20,933 nucleotides of DNA, taken from sequence record NC_006556.1. One strand, written 5' to 3'. How positions within the stretch are numbered: the first letter of the stretch is position 1; every line of letters starts with the position of its first letter. Position numbers and translations under genes: made by a program. Below the pieces are notes generated by a model. That model had not been told where the DNA came from. It was given only the letters and a program-made list of their open reading frames with translations, and did no database searches. Of this stretch, positions 1 to 7,245 are shown one piece after another.

Positions 1-61
1 TGACACGCTATTTGTCTGTACTTTAAAGATTGATAGAAACGCGTGTTTGCATGAAGCCATA

Positions 62-111
62 GGGGGAGAAAACGGCGTGGGGTTATGGGGGCCTTGGGGC
101 CCCAAAAGGCC
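62..111. other. G-run cluster overlapping a perfect 12-bp palindrome near the left end
   Basis: G5 (62-66), G4 (79-82), G5 (87-91), G4 (96-99); TTGGGGCCCCAA at 94-105, flanked by GGCC at 90-93 and 108-111. Confidence 0.6.
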
Positions 112-121
112 ATGTCTCTAT

Positions 122-148
122 GTGATATCGCCTATTTATAAAGGTATC
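122..148 (-). promoter_or_regulatory. Leftward promoter (GATACC-TTTATAAA) with a GATATCAC box
   Basis: The minus strand reads GATACCTTTATAAA, like the promoters at 1713-1728 and 2111-2126. The box is at 122-129 and a minus-strand ATG at 113 lies about 26 nt from the TATA centre. Confidence 0.45.
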
Positions 149-171
149 TCAGAGGGGTATTACGCGAAAGT

Positions 172-181
172 GTTATATAAC
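172..181 (+). promoter_or_regulatory. TATA box of the helicase gene
   Basis: Palindromic GTTATATAAC; TTATATAA begins 29 nt before ATG 202. Confidence 0.6.
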
Positions 182-201
182 TGATAGATTTGATAAGAGT
201 C

Positions 202-1716
202 ATGGAAATCATAGGCGGGAACGCAGACAGTGGGAATTCCTCACCTAGTCAGCCGACCACAGTAGGTCCAGAACTATATAAACTTATCGTCAAGGAGTAC
301 CGCAATATAGGGGCGCTAGACGACAAAATATATGTAGAACTTAGGGACGGGCGCCAGCTTGAGGTTTGGGTCCACACTAGGCATGTATTCCTATATAACG
401 GCGAAAGCGGCAATAAGAAGGAAAAGCCGATTGTCTTTAAGGTAAGCAAATGGTTGGTCAACTGGCTGGCGAAAATGGCTGGGTATAAGGGCGTCAAGGT
501 CCTCAAATACACCAAATGCGTTGAGGGGGAGTGTATTATCCCGCTTTGGTCTTACGACGATAGGGAACCTATGGTGGTGGTCGTGAGTGATGAAGACGTG
601 CCTAAGCCGATACACAGCGGGAAGACGTACGTTAAGGACGGATATCTATACGTGGCCGATTATTATTACGCCTCACTAGTCCAGTTGCCGGTCTACGACG
701 GCAATTGTGACATAGAGAAAATCAAAGAGGCCATTAAGGAGAATTGGATTTTGACCTATCTGGCGGCCATGCCGTATATATTGCCCCATATGCCTAAGCG
801 CCATATTCCAGTGGTCATGGGCCCCATGCGTAGTGGAAAGACGACGTTGCTGGACTCACTTGACTGGGACGGTCTGCGTATAGTGGGCTCAACTGCGGCG
901 GTCAGAAACCTATTGGGGTTCCACCACGTGCTGGCCGACGACGCGGCTGAGGACCTCACTATAAAATTTGAGTTTATCGGCCTCCTTAATTCCTATTTCG
1001 ATAGGGCGCCGCTAATGCGCGTTAGCCCCAATAGCCCCAATAAGACCCTCTACTTCCCACTAAGGGGCGCTTTGGCCATAGCCACAAACAACCCACAGAT
1101 AATGCTGAGGTCTACTCTGGACAGAATAGCGGTTGTCTATGCGCCAAAGGTGTTGAGGCAAAGGCTGAAAATTGATGGCGAATTGCTGTCGTGTCTGGCC
1201 TATATGCCTAGGATTGGGCCAATCTACCTACAATCCTTTAAGGAGTTCTGGGGCATGGGCCACGAAAATACCGTGCTGACAAATGCGGTAGTAGAGGGCT
1301 CAAGCATGTTGGACTTGGCGGGTGATCCGTGGCTGTCGGTTTTGAGGTGGCTTTGGCGGGAGTTGTATAAGATACGGTCAGAACACGGCTGGGAGGGCGC
1401 CCCGCCTCAGTATAAGCTTGACATAAAAGGTAAGGACCATATCTGTATCCCGATACCTAAGTTGGTGTCACCGATAGCCGACTACACGGTAAACGTCTCG
1501 GCATCTATACACAAAGACGATAAGGTGTCTACTACAAAATCGATAAGTTACAACGCGTTTCCAATACGTACGCCACAAATAGAACTCGTGTTACGCGGCA
1601 TGGACCTCCCAGCGTTTATACATAGAGGGCGGACTAAATACTATGTTTGTACCGACGACCCAGAGGCCCTTTATCAAATGATTTCGAATATCCTCAAGGA
1701 ACCCGTATCTCAGTGA
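202..1716 (+). CDS. SF3/D5-like AAA+ helicase (replication ATPase) with a C-terminal, probably winged-helix, domain
   Basis: Walker A GPMRSGKTT, Walker B HVLADD, motif C LAIATNN and LDRI. ATG 202 is preferred over TTG 190 because of TATA spacing. Confidence 0.75.
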   Translation: MEIIGGNADSGNSSPSQPTTVGPELYKLIVKEYRNIGALDDKIYVELRDGRQLEVWVHTRHVFLYNGESGNKKEKPIVFKVSKWLVNWLAKMAGYKGVKVLKYTKCVEGECIIPLWSYDDREPMVVVVSDEDVPKPIHSGKTYVKDGYLYVADYYYASLVQLPVYDGNCDIEKIKEAIKENWILTYLAAMPYILPHMPKRHIPVVMGPMRSGKTTLLDSLDWDGLRIVGSTAAVRNLLGFHHVLADDAAEDLTIKFEFIGLLNSYFDRAPLMRVSPNSPNKTLYFPLRGALAIATNNPQIMLRSTLDRIAVVYAPKVLRQRLKIDGELLSCLAYMPRIGPIYLQSFKEFWGMGHENTVLTNAVVEGSSMLDLAGDPWLSVLRWLWRELYKIRSEHGWEGAPPQYKLDIKGKDHICIPIPKLVSPIADYTVNVSASIHKDDKVSTTKSISYNAFPIRTPQIELVLRGMDLPAFIHRGRTKYYVCTDDPEALYQMISNILKEPVSQ

Positions 1717-1748
1717 TACATATTTAAACGGGCATGTCCCTTTTCGCT

Positions 1749-2114
1749 ATGGAAAATATGTCCGATATAGATAGGCTAATAACTGACTGGTGGTTGGCTA
1801 TTTTAGAGTGGTTGCGGGCGGAATTACATAAGATACGGTCAGAACACGGCTGGGAAAATGCGCCCTATCGATTCAGTATAAGAATCAAAGGCGGAAAGAA
1901 CTACGTCTGTGTGCCTATACCGAAATCAATACCTACCGCAGAGGGCTCACGTGAGTACCCAATACACACGCCACAAATAGAGGCTTTGTTACACGTTTTT
2001 GACCTCCCAGCGTTTATCTATAAGAGGTATTTGAAACCCTATGTGTGTACTGACGACCCAGAGAGGCTATATCAAGCGCTTTCGAGTGTTATTAAAGGGC
2101 TTTTATCGCAGTGA
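1749..2114 (+). CDS. Stand-alone paralog of the helicase C-terminal domain (putative DNA-binding protein)
   Basis: Shares KIRSEHGWE, PIPK, TPQIE, DLPAFI and VCTDDPE with the helicase, with exact 28-nt and 17-nt DNA blocks. Start placed at ATG 1749 from the TATA at 1721-1728 (ORF track starts at 1734). Confidence 0.8.
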   Translation: MENMSDIDRLITDWWLAILEWLRAELHKIRSEHGWENAPYRFSIRIKGGKNYVCVPIPKSIPTAEGSREYPIHTPQIEALLHVFDLPAFIYKRYLKPYVCTDDPERLYQALSSVIKGLLSQ

Positions 2115-2146
2115 TACCTTTTTAAATAAGTCCGTTTTTTGTTCTT

Positions 2147-2626
2147 ATGGAATTGGGGGATTGGGTCGGTAAGGCCTTCCAAAAACCAACCGGGCTGACT
2201 AATGAGGTAATGATAAAGGGCGCAGTGGAAGTCACGTTGGATTATCTGTATCAAAGGATAAAGAAGACAGTTGAGCGTTATGGTGGCAACATGAAATTGC
2301 CTATAAGCTATGTCCACGGCAAATGCGCGGACGAACATCAACCAAAGGAATATGAGTGTATCTGCATAGACCCACGGACGTTGACGCGGCGGCTAGGCTT
2401 TAGGCATAAAGACGGTAAGCGGATAATTGAAATGATATTCGCTAAGGCGCTTATGCCCTATTGGGTCAAGGCGTCGGTTGACCATAGGATTCACTATTGC
2501 CTACCTTGGGTTGAGTGTGTAGTGGTGGAAGGGGAGAGGGTTTGTAAGCCAAGTGACGTGCCTAGTGAGTGGCTTGAGCATGTAGAAAGCATAATAAAAC
2601 CCCAACGGAATGAGGTTCATGCCTAA
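2147..2626 (+). CDS. Hypothetical protein, possibly a more distant member of the same wHTH-like family
   Basis: TATA (TTTTTAAA, 2119-2126) 28 nt upstream; LDYLYQRIKK..YG / CICIDP / IEMIF..LMP..YC parallels the two upstream domains. Confidence 0.7.
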   Translation: MELGDWVGKAFQKPTGLTNEVMIKGAVEVTLDYLYQRIKKTVERYGGNMKLPISYVHGKCADEHQPKEYECICIDPRTLTRRLGFRHKDGKRIIEMIFAKALMPYWVKASVDHRIHYCLPWVECVVVEGERVCKPSDVPSEWLEHVESIIKPQRNEVHA

Positions 2627-2684
2627 GAAGAAAAAGGAGGAGAAAAAAGAGGAAGTTGTCAAGGGGGCGATAGGGGTCTTTTAG
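2619..2684 (+). CDS. Possible 21-aa micro-protein MPKKKKEEKKEEVVKGAIGVF
   Basis: ATG overlaps the end of the upstream gene and follows GAGGT (SD-like, 2612-2616). It could instead be just the complement of the minus-strand gene's terminator. Confidence 0.3.
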   Translation: MPKKKKEEKKEEVVKGAIGVF

Positions 2685-3631
2685 TGGGCGGCTAAGAGGA
2701 TAAGTAGGGCAACGCTCAGCGGTAGTCCCACGAAATAGTAGAGTTTTTTGTTCAGTAGGGTGAATTTTGCGATTACGGCGTAGATATTTAGCGGGTGTGG
2801 GTACATCAACGCGGCGGCTGGCATCATATACAGCATTACCGCGGGCACAGAGACTTGGTCGTGGACGGCTGAGGCAAACATGGTGGCCATGGCTTCCACG
2901 TCTCCCGCCTCACNCCCAACGGNCATGGCGAATAGGGCGCGGATTATGAAGGCGGTAAGGAGGTCNGGGACAGAGGCCAAGAAGGTAGAGGTGATGCCTA
3001 GGGTTTGTTCCGCTAGGTGGATTTGATAGAGGGAGTCGGTTAGGAAGTAGGACGATATGGNCATGCTTATGGTGTTGAATAGCGTNGTGACTATGACGGA
3101 CTTAGGCGGAATCATGCCGGCCTCTGTCCTATATGTCAGNACGATTATAGTGGGCAACACCAAATAGCCTATCGCTATGTAGGCCCCAGCTATGAGGTGT
3201 AACGGCAACTGGAATCCCGCAGATATTAGATATGTCAGTAGGTTTACGCTTAGGGCCGCAACGGACCACAGTATTAGGTAGTGGACCCCCTTCCATATGT
3301 AGTCTGAGCCTATTATGTCTCTGCGCGTAAATGCCGTGACTATTATGCTGTCAACTATCGTAGAGGCTATGGTGTCTATCCAAGCGGCCAGAATATGTCC
3401 GTCCGCCATGAGCTTGATGGCCATTATGGCTTGGGGCAAAGCTATGAGCGCAGAGACCACGAGTACGTTGAACCAAATCGTGACGCGGTATAGGCTCAGA
3501 GTTATCTCTGTGGCGTAGGCCGTCGTGACCATTATGGCAATCCAAATCGCTATATTCAGATAGGGGTTGTTCACAAAGAACATGGCTATCGTGAGCCCCG
3601 CCACAACCGCGTTCAGTATTTTCAAGTCCAT
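2681..3631 (-). CDS. CaCA-superfamily (Na+/Ca2+ exchanger-like) multi-pass membrane protein with degenerate motifs
   Basis: About 10 hydrophobic segments and two alpha-repeats: ALIALPQ...DTIASTIVD and FLASVPD...ATMFASAVHD, matching GTSLPE...GNxxGSNxxN. Contains 6 ambiguous bases. Confidence 0.7.
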   Translation of the reverse strand: MDLKILNAVVAGLTIAMFFVNNPYLNIAIWIAIMVTTAYATEITLSLYRVTIWFNVLVVSALIALPQAIMAIKLMADGHILAAWIDTIASTIVDSIIVTAFTRRDIIGSDYIWKGVHYLILWSVAALSVNLLTYLISAGFQLPLHLIAGAYIAIGYLVLPTIIXLTYRTEAGMIPPKSVIVXTLFNTISMXISSYFLTDSLYQIHLAEQTLGITSTFLASVXDLLTAFIIRALFAMXVGXEAGDVEAMATMFASAVHDQVSVPAVMLYMMPAAALMYPHPLNIYAVIAKFTLLNKKLYYFVGLPLSVALLILLAAH

Positions 3632-3656
3632 GCACTAATTTAGCCTATCTAAAATA

Positions 3657-4094
3657 TTGTACGTGCCCAGAAAGAAGAAAGACGAATTGGCTGAGGCCGA
3701 ATTCGGGCCGGCCACGCTTAGGCCGCTTCCGGACTCTCCCGTATTGGCCGTCATAGTATCGCCTACATGTCCGGCGTGTAAGCGGTTGTTTAAAAGCAAA
3801 AGCGCAAAGTACTACATCAATAAGGGGTGGATTAGAGTTATGGAGGTCGGCAACGCAGTGAGGCTAGGTCTGGCCGAATACGCCCTTTCAGACCTAGGCA
3901 TGACTATGAGGCTGGCAACGCCAACCTACATCATATTCTGTCCGGACGGCCAAGTGTTCTTTAGGGTGACCGTCAATATGTTTGACGACCACGACGCGCT
4001 CACCAATATGGTCATTAATGTATATAGGGAGTACTTAAGGCTAGTAAAGTGTAAAAATACTGAGCCGGTTTCTGAACATGAGCAAACCGTGTGA
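3657..4094 (+). CDS. Thioredoxin-fold protein with a CPAC active site
   Basis: beta-strand VLAVIVS, then PT-CPAC-KRL, later the cis-Pro motif LATPTYIIF and the DGQVFFR hairpin. The real start may be GTG 3663 (MPRKKKD). Confidence 0.7.
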   Translation: MYVPRKKKDELAEAEFGPATLRPLPDSPVLAVIVSPTCPACKRLFKSKSAKYYINKGWIRVMEVGNAVRLGLAEYALSDLGMTMRLATPTYIIFCPDGQVFFRVTVNMFDDHDALTNMVINVYREYLRLVKCKNTEPVSEHEQTV

Positions 4095-4188
4095 AAAGGC
4101 CTTAGAGGAAGCCTTGAGGATAATGAGGGGGAAGAAGAAAGACGCAGACCTAAAGGAGTTGATGGAGAAATATGGAGTGTCCAAATAA
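4078..4188 (+). CDS. 36-aa helical micro-protein MSKPCEKALEEALRIMRGKKKDADLKELMEKYGVSK
   Basis: Below the ORF-track cutoff; fills the gap and overlaps both neighbouring genes; amphipathic charge pattern. Confidence 0.6.
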   Translation: MSKPCEKALEEALRIMRGKKKDADLKELMEKYGVSK

Positions 4189-4441
4189 GTCTATAGCCGA
4201 TTTGGCCAGGACGATACTGACGGCCGCGGTAGAGGGTCCTAGGGCGGCCCTACCCAAAGCCCTCATGCCGTGTATCCATAAGTTCAAATTGTTCTTGGTG
4301 GAACTTGGCAAAGCCACGGGGGACCCCATGGCCATGGCCTATTCCAATTTCGTGGTTGAGTGTAGAGGCAATTTATGCTTCATGCCTGCCGCAGTTCTAG
4401 AGGCGGCTGAATATGTTGCGGTACACTATGCCAAGTCGTGA
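4172..4441 (+). CDS. Hypothetical protein (89 aa, four Cys)
   Basis: Operon position; GTGA overlap with the next gene. Confidence 0.7.
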   Translation: MECPNKSIADLARTILTAAVEGPRAALPKALMPCIHKFKLFLVELGKATGDPMAMAYSNFVVECRGNLCFMPAAVLEAAEYVAVHYAKS

Positions 4442-4686
4442 CGCAGTTGGTTTTTGTAGAGGTGGGGGACCACTTCATATTGTATCCAGGTGACGTCGTG
4501 GCTATAGTGGCCGATATTGACGATAACTATGAGGGGGACAAAGCGTGGGCTAGGCTCATTAGTAAGGAGGTGGGGGTCATTAGGAACAAAACTACGGCTG
4601 GACAGCTTAAGGCGGCGTTCAAAATGAACCTAGAGGCCTATGGGATTCCGGTTAGGGAGGTTAGGGTGTTTCTCGCGGTGAACTAA
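4438..4686 (+). CDS. Hypothetical protein (82 aa)
   Basis: GTG start overlaps the upstream TGA; ordinary alpha/beta composition. Confidence 0.7.
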   Translation: MTQLVFVEVGDHFILYPGDVVAIVADIDDNYEGDKAWARLISKEVGVIRNKTTAGQLKAAFKMNLEAYGIPVREVRVFLAVN

Positions 4687-4710
4687 TATATGTCTGTCTG
4701 ATATACGGCC

Positions 4711-5349
4711 ATGACGACCAGGCTGAAACTCTTNGATATGGTCCAGCGGAAGATATTCACGGCGAATCTCAACCCAGACAAAATCTGTGTCTCAAGCCAG
4801 ATATATGAGTGGTTGGGTTTGCCCAGCACTAAATGCGTACCGATAACGCCAACGACTCAAGCCGAAATAATGAGGGTTGCCGTCCCTATGGCGGACGGCC
4901 TTTACGCCATGGCGTATATAGTGCCGGACACAATAAGGTTGATACATAGCTATCTATTCACGTTCTCTTTCGCAGAGACGAAAGTGTTTGAGGTGTTGTA
5001 CGACGCTAGGCTGGGGGCTTATGGCGTCGTGATGCAGAATAAGTTCATGCCGCTAAGTAGTCTTGAGCCGTTTGTCTGCGATAACGTGGTGGGGCTCACT
5101 AGGCTGTGTTATATAATCGGTGATGTCGTGACTGTGAATGGCCACGCCAAGGTCGTAGGCTATACGACTCCCGAAATATACCGCATGTGGGTACGCGGCG
5201 TTGCTGAGCGGAATCTCAGCGATTCTGTGTTGACGATACCCTTGAGGGTTCACCGTGAGTTGGTCACCGAATATGAGACCATGTTAGCCAGTTGCGTGAA
5301 CAAATCACGGCGGTACATGCAGATACCGCGTCTTTGTTTGAGGGCATAG
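4711..5349 (+). CDS. Hypothetical protein (212 aa)
   Basis: Long ORF in the operon with no recognisable motif; weak AbrB-like VLTIPLRVHREL near the C-terminus. Confidence 0.75.
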   Translation: MTTRLKLXDMVQRKIFTANLNPDKICVSSQIYEWLGLPSTKCVPITPTTQAEIMRVAVPMADGLYAMAYIVPDTIRLIHSYLFTFSFAETKVFEVLYDARLGAYGVVMQNKFMPLSSLEPFVCDNVVGLTRLCYIIGDVVTVNGHAKVVGYTTPEIYRMWVRGVAERNLSDSVLTIPLRVHRELVTEYETMLASCVNKSRRYMQIPRLCLRA

Positions 5350-5429
5350 TGAATGAATATAGTAGGATAGCGCGGTCTGTGAAACAACTGACCGATAGCC
5401 TCAAGCCGTCACAGCAACCGCAACAATAA
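5349..5429 (+). CDS. 26-aa micro-protein MNEYSRIARSVKQLTDSLKPSQQPQQ
   Basis: Coupled at both ends by 1-nt overlaps: TAGTG at 5347-5351 and TAATG at 5427-5431. Confidence 0.6.
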   Translation: MNEYSRIARSVKQLTDSLKPSQQPQQ

Positions 5430-5620
5430 TGGAGCCTATAGACGAAACGGTGTTTTTTGTAGACGGCCTACCGATTCATGCCGTATTGGTGGGGAAAAAG
5501 AGGCTGTATCTAATGACGCTTTTAGACGGTATATACACATGGGAATATGAGGTGGTTGTACATGGGCGGAGTATAAAGTTCAACTTCCTTAAATTTAGTT
5601 TTATTGACCCCTATAAGTAA
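5429..5620 (+). CDS. Small beta-rich hypothetical protein (63 aa)
   Basis: TAATG coupling; last gene of the plus-strand operon before repeat copy A. Confidence 0.7.
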   Translation: MEPIDETVFFVDGLPIHAVLVGKKRLYLMTLLDGIYTWEYEVVVHGRSIKFNFLKFSFIDPYK

Positions 5621-5634
5621 GTCTACATTACGGA

Positions 5635-5695
5635 TTCTACAAACATATTTTCTCCTCTTTACATTACCCAGAGGCTGCATTTAGATAAAAGTAAA
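5635..5695 (+). repeat. Dispersed intergenic repeat, copy A
   Basis: 58/61 identical to 12092-12152. Confidence 0.95.
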
Positions 5696-5709
5696 TAAAA
5701 AATAGGGGT
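5691..5709 (-). terminator. C-tract/T-tract terminator of the 6321-5710 gene
   Basis: The minus strand reads TAA-A-CCCC-TA-TTTTTT-ATTT right after the stop. Confidence 0.6.
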
Positions 5710-6321
5710 TTACGATATTTGGATTGTGTAGGTTCCGGTCTTATTGGTGTAGAGTGCCAAGCCCCAAGATATGCCGGCTATGCTTTTCGCAGATATCAAC
5801 ACGTTAGGCGCCACGTTGACGTATAGCGCGGTGTAGTTCCCATAGGTGATTTTGCCCAGCGGCAACGACATTTTCAGCGGCTTTACGTAGACCGTAAGGG
5901 ACGTCGTGTTGACTAGGTAGTTGGTCATGTTGATAGTGGTCGGCATGTTGGTCGTTAGGTAGGTCACAGCGAATAGAGGTATCACGGTGTTGTTCACAGC
6001 ATATCCAGCATAATAGAATGGCGTATTCACCGATTCATAGGGGATATAGGCCACGACGCCAAAATACGTGCCGGTGTCACTTACGGTCACAGTTATGGAG
6101 TTGCCGCTAAAGTTTCCGTCCACTACGACCACGGCCGCAGTTGTGTTGACGGGGTCCGGCCATAATATGGTGTAAGGTGTGGTGGTGGTTCCAGGACCTA
6201 CAATTACGGGCGCCCCGCTAGGCTTTCCGTAGTAGGTATACAACACGTAGATAGCGGCCAACACCAGTAACGCAACCACTAACACAACAACGCCCTTATG
6301 CTGGCTATGTGTGTAAGCCAT
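5710..6321 (-). CDS. Membrane-anchored beta-rich glycoprotein (putative envelope or adhesion protein)
   Basis: N-terminal TM helix, Pro/Thr linker, 7 N-x-S/T sequons; C-terminal GTYTIQIS parallels GRYAIQFS (15291 gene) and GTYTLSG (16363 gene). Confidence 0.75.
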   Translation of the reverse strand: MAYTHSQHKGVVVLVVALLVLAAIYVLYTYYGKPSGAPVIVGPGTTTTPYTILWPDPVNTTAAVVVVDGNFSGNSITVTVSDTGTYFGVVAYIPYESVNTPFYYAGYAVNNTVIPLFAVTYLTTNMPTTINMTNYLVNTTSLTVYVKPLKMSLPLGKITYGNYTALYVNVAPNVLISAKSIAGISWGLALYTNKTGTYTIQIS

Positions 6322-6340
6322 GAGTTGAAACTACAGTTTA

Positions 6341-6347
6341 TTTATAA
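6341..6347. promoter_or_regulatory. Single palindromic TATA serving two divergent genes
   Basis: TTATAA (6342-6347) sits almost exactly midway between the starts at 6321 (-) and 6365 (+). Confidence 0.55.
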
Positions 6348-6364
6348 TATTTGCTTTTCTTACT

Positions 6365-7222
6365 ATGGACTTGAGGACTATATACACGGCGTCTGTATTG
6401 GCCGCGGCTATAGTTACGGCTTTGGTCGGTTTCGTCGTGACTGAGAGTTTGTTGGCCCCCATATTGATATTCCTGACGGTGTTGGCGATATTTGACTACT
6501 GGGGCTATGAGGCCGCCAAGGTGGTGGCGCCCATGACTATGTTCCTATACACTCTGGCGTTCTTTGGCGCGCTATCGGGCGTCCAGCTTATCATAATAGC
6601 CGCGGTCATAATAAGCGCCTTGGCGCTTAAAGAAAAGCCGAAATTGGCCGGTCCTTGGCACGCCACTCTGGCGTATCCCCTCAGATTGGCCGCGTTGGCC
6701 CCCCTAGTGTTGTTGTTGGGGCCCCTCTATTTGATATACGACGCGGTTAGGCGTGGCGGGATAATATATAAGGCCGCGGCCGTGTTGGGGGCAATCGGCA
6801 TGGGCCTATTCATGTTTGGGAGGCCCTTAAGCCTATGGGTAGACCCCCATGTGATGTCATTTGGCTGGCTGGCCCAGATTCTCCCCCCAGAGGCCAATCC
6901 GATATACTGGGTAGGCGCGATTGGGTGGGAGGAATTGATATCTAGGGCGATTGGCCCTCTGGGAAACGCGTGGTGGGCCATAATGCACCTCCCCTCTAGG
7001 CTGGCCGCATTACCCGTATTGCCGGCTATAGGTATTGTCCTATTGATAAATATAGGCGGGCGTTGGCTGTGGGAGACCTATAAGGAGGGCGGCCTAATAG
7101 GGTCAATTATAGGCCATGCCGTATACAACGCCATGGTGTCGGCTTTCGCTTTGGGGATACAGTGGTGGCCTACGCTAATAATAATATCTATAATACTATA
7201 TGCCACTTTCAGAAAACCATAA
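6365..7222 (+). CDS. CPBP-family (Abi / type II CAAX) intramembrane glutamic protease
   Basis: Multi-pass protein with E189-E190-x3-R194, W204-x3-H208 and H251-x3-N255 (YKEGGLIGSIIGHAVYN). Confidence 0.85.
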   Translation: MDLRTIYTASVLAAAIVTALVGFVVTESLLAPILIFLTVLAIFDYWGYEAAKVVAPMTMFLYTLAFFGALSGVQLIIIAAVIISALALKEKPKLAGPWHATLAYPLRLAALAPLVLLLGPLYLIYDAVRRGGIIYKAAAVLGAIGMGLFMFGRPLSLWVDPHVMSFGWLAQILPPEANPIYWVGAIGWEELISRAIGPLGNAWWAIMHLPSRLAALPVLPAIGIVLLINIGGRWLWETYKEGGLIGSIIGHAVYNAMVSAFALGIQWWPTLIIISIILYATFRKP

Positions 7223-7245
7223 AAACATGGAGGTAGTAGAGGGCT

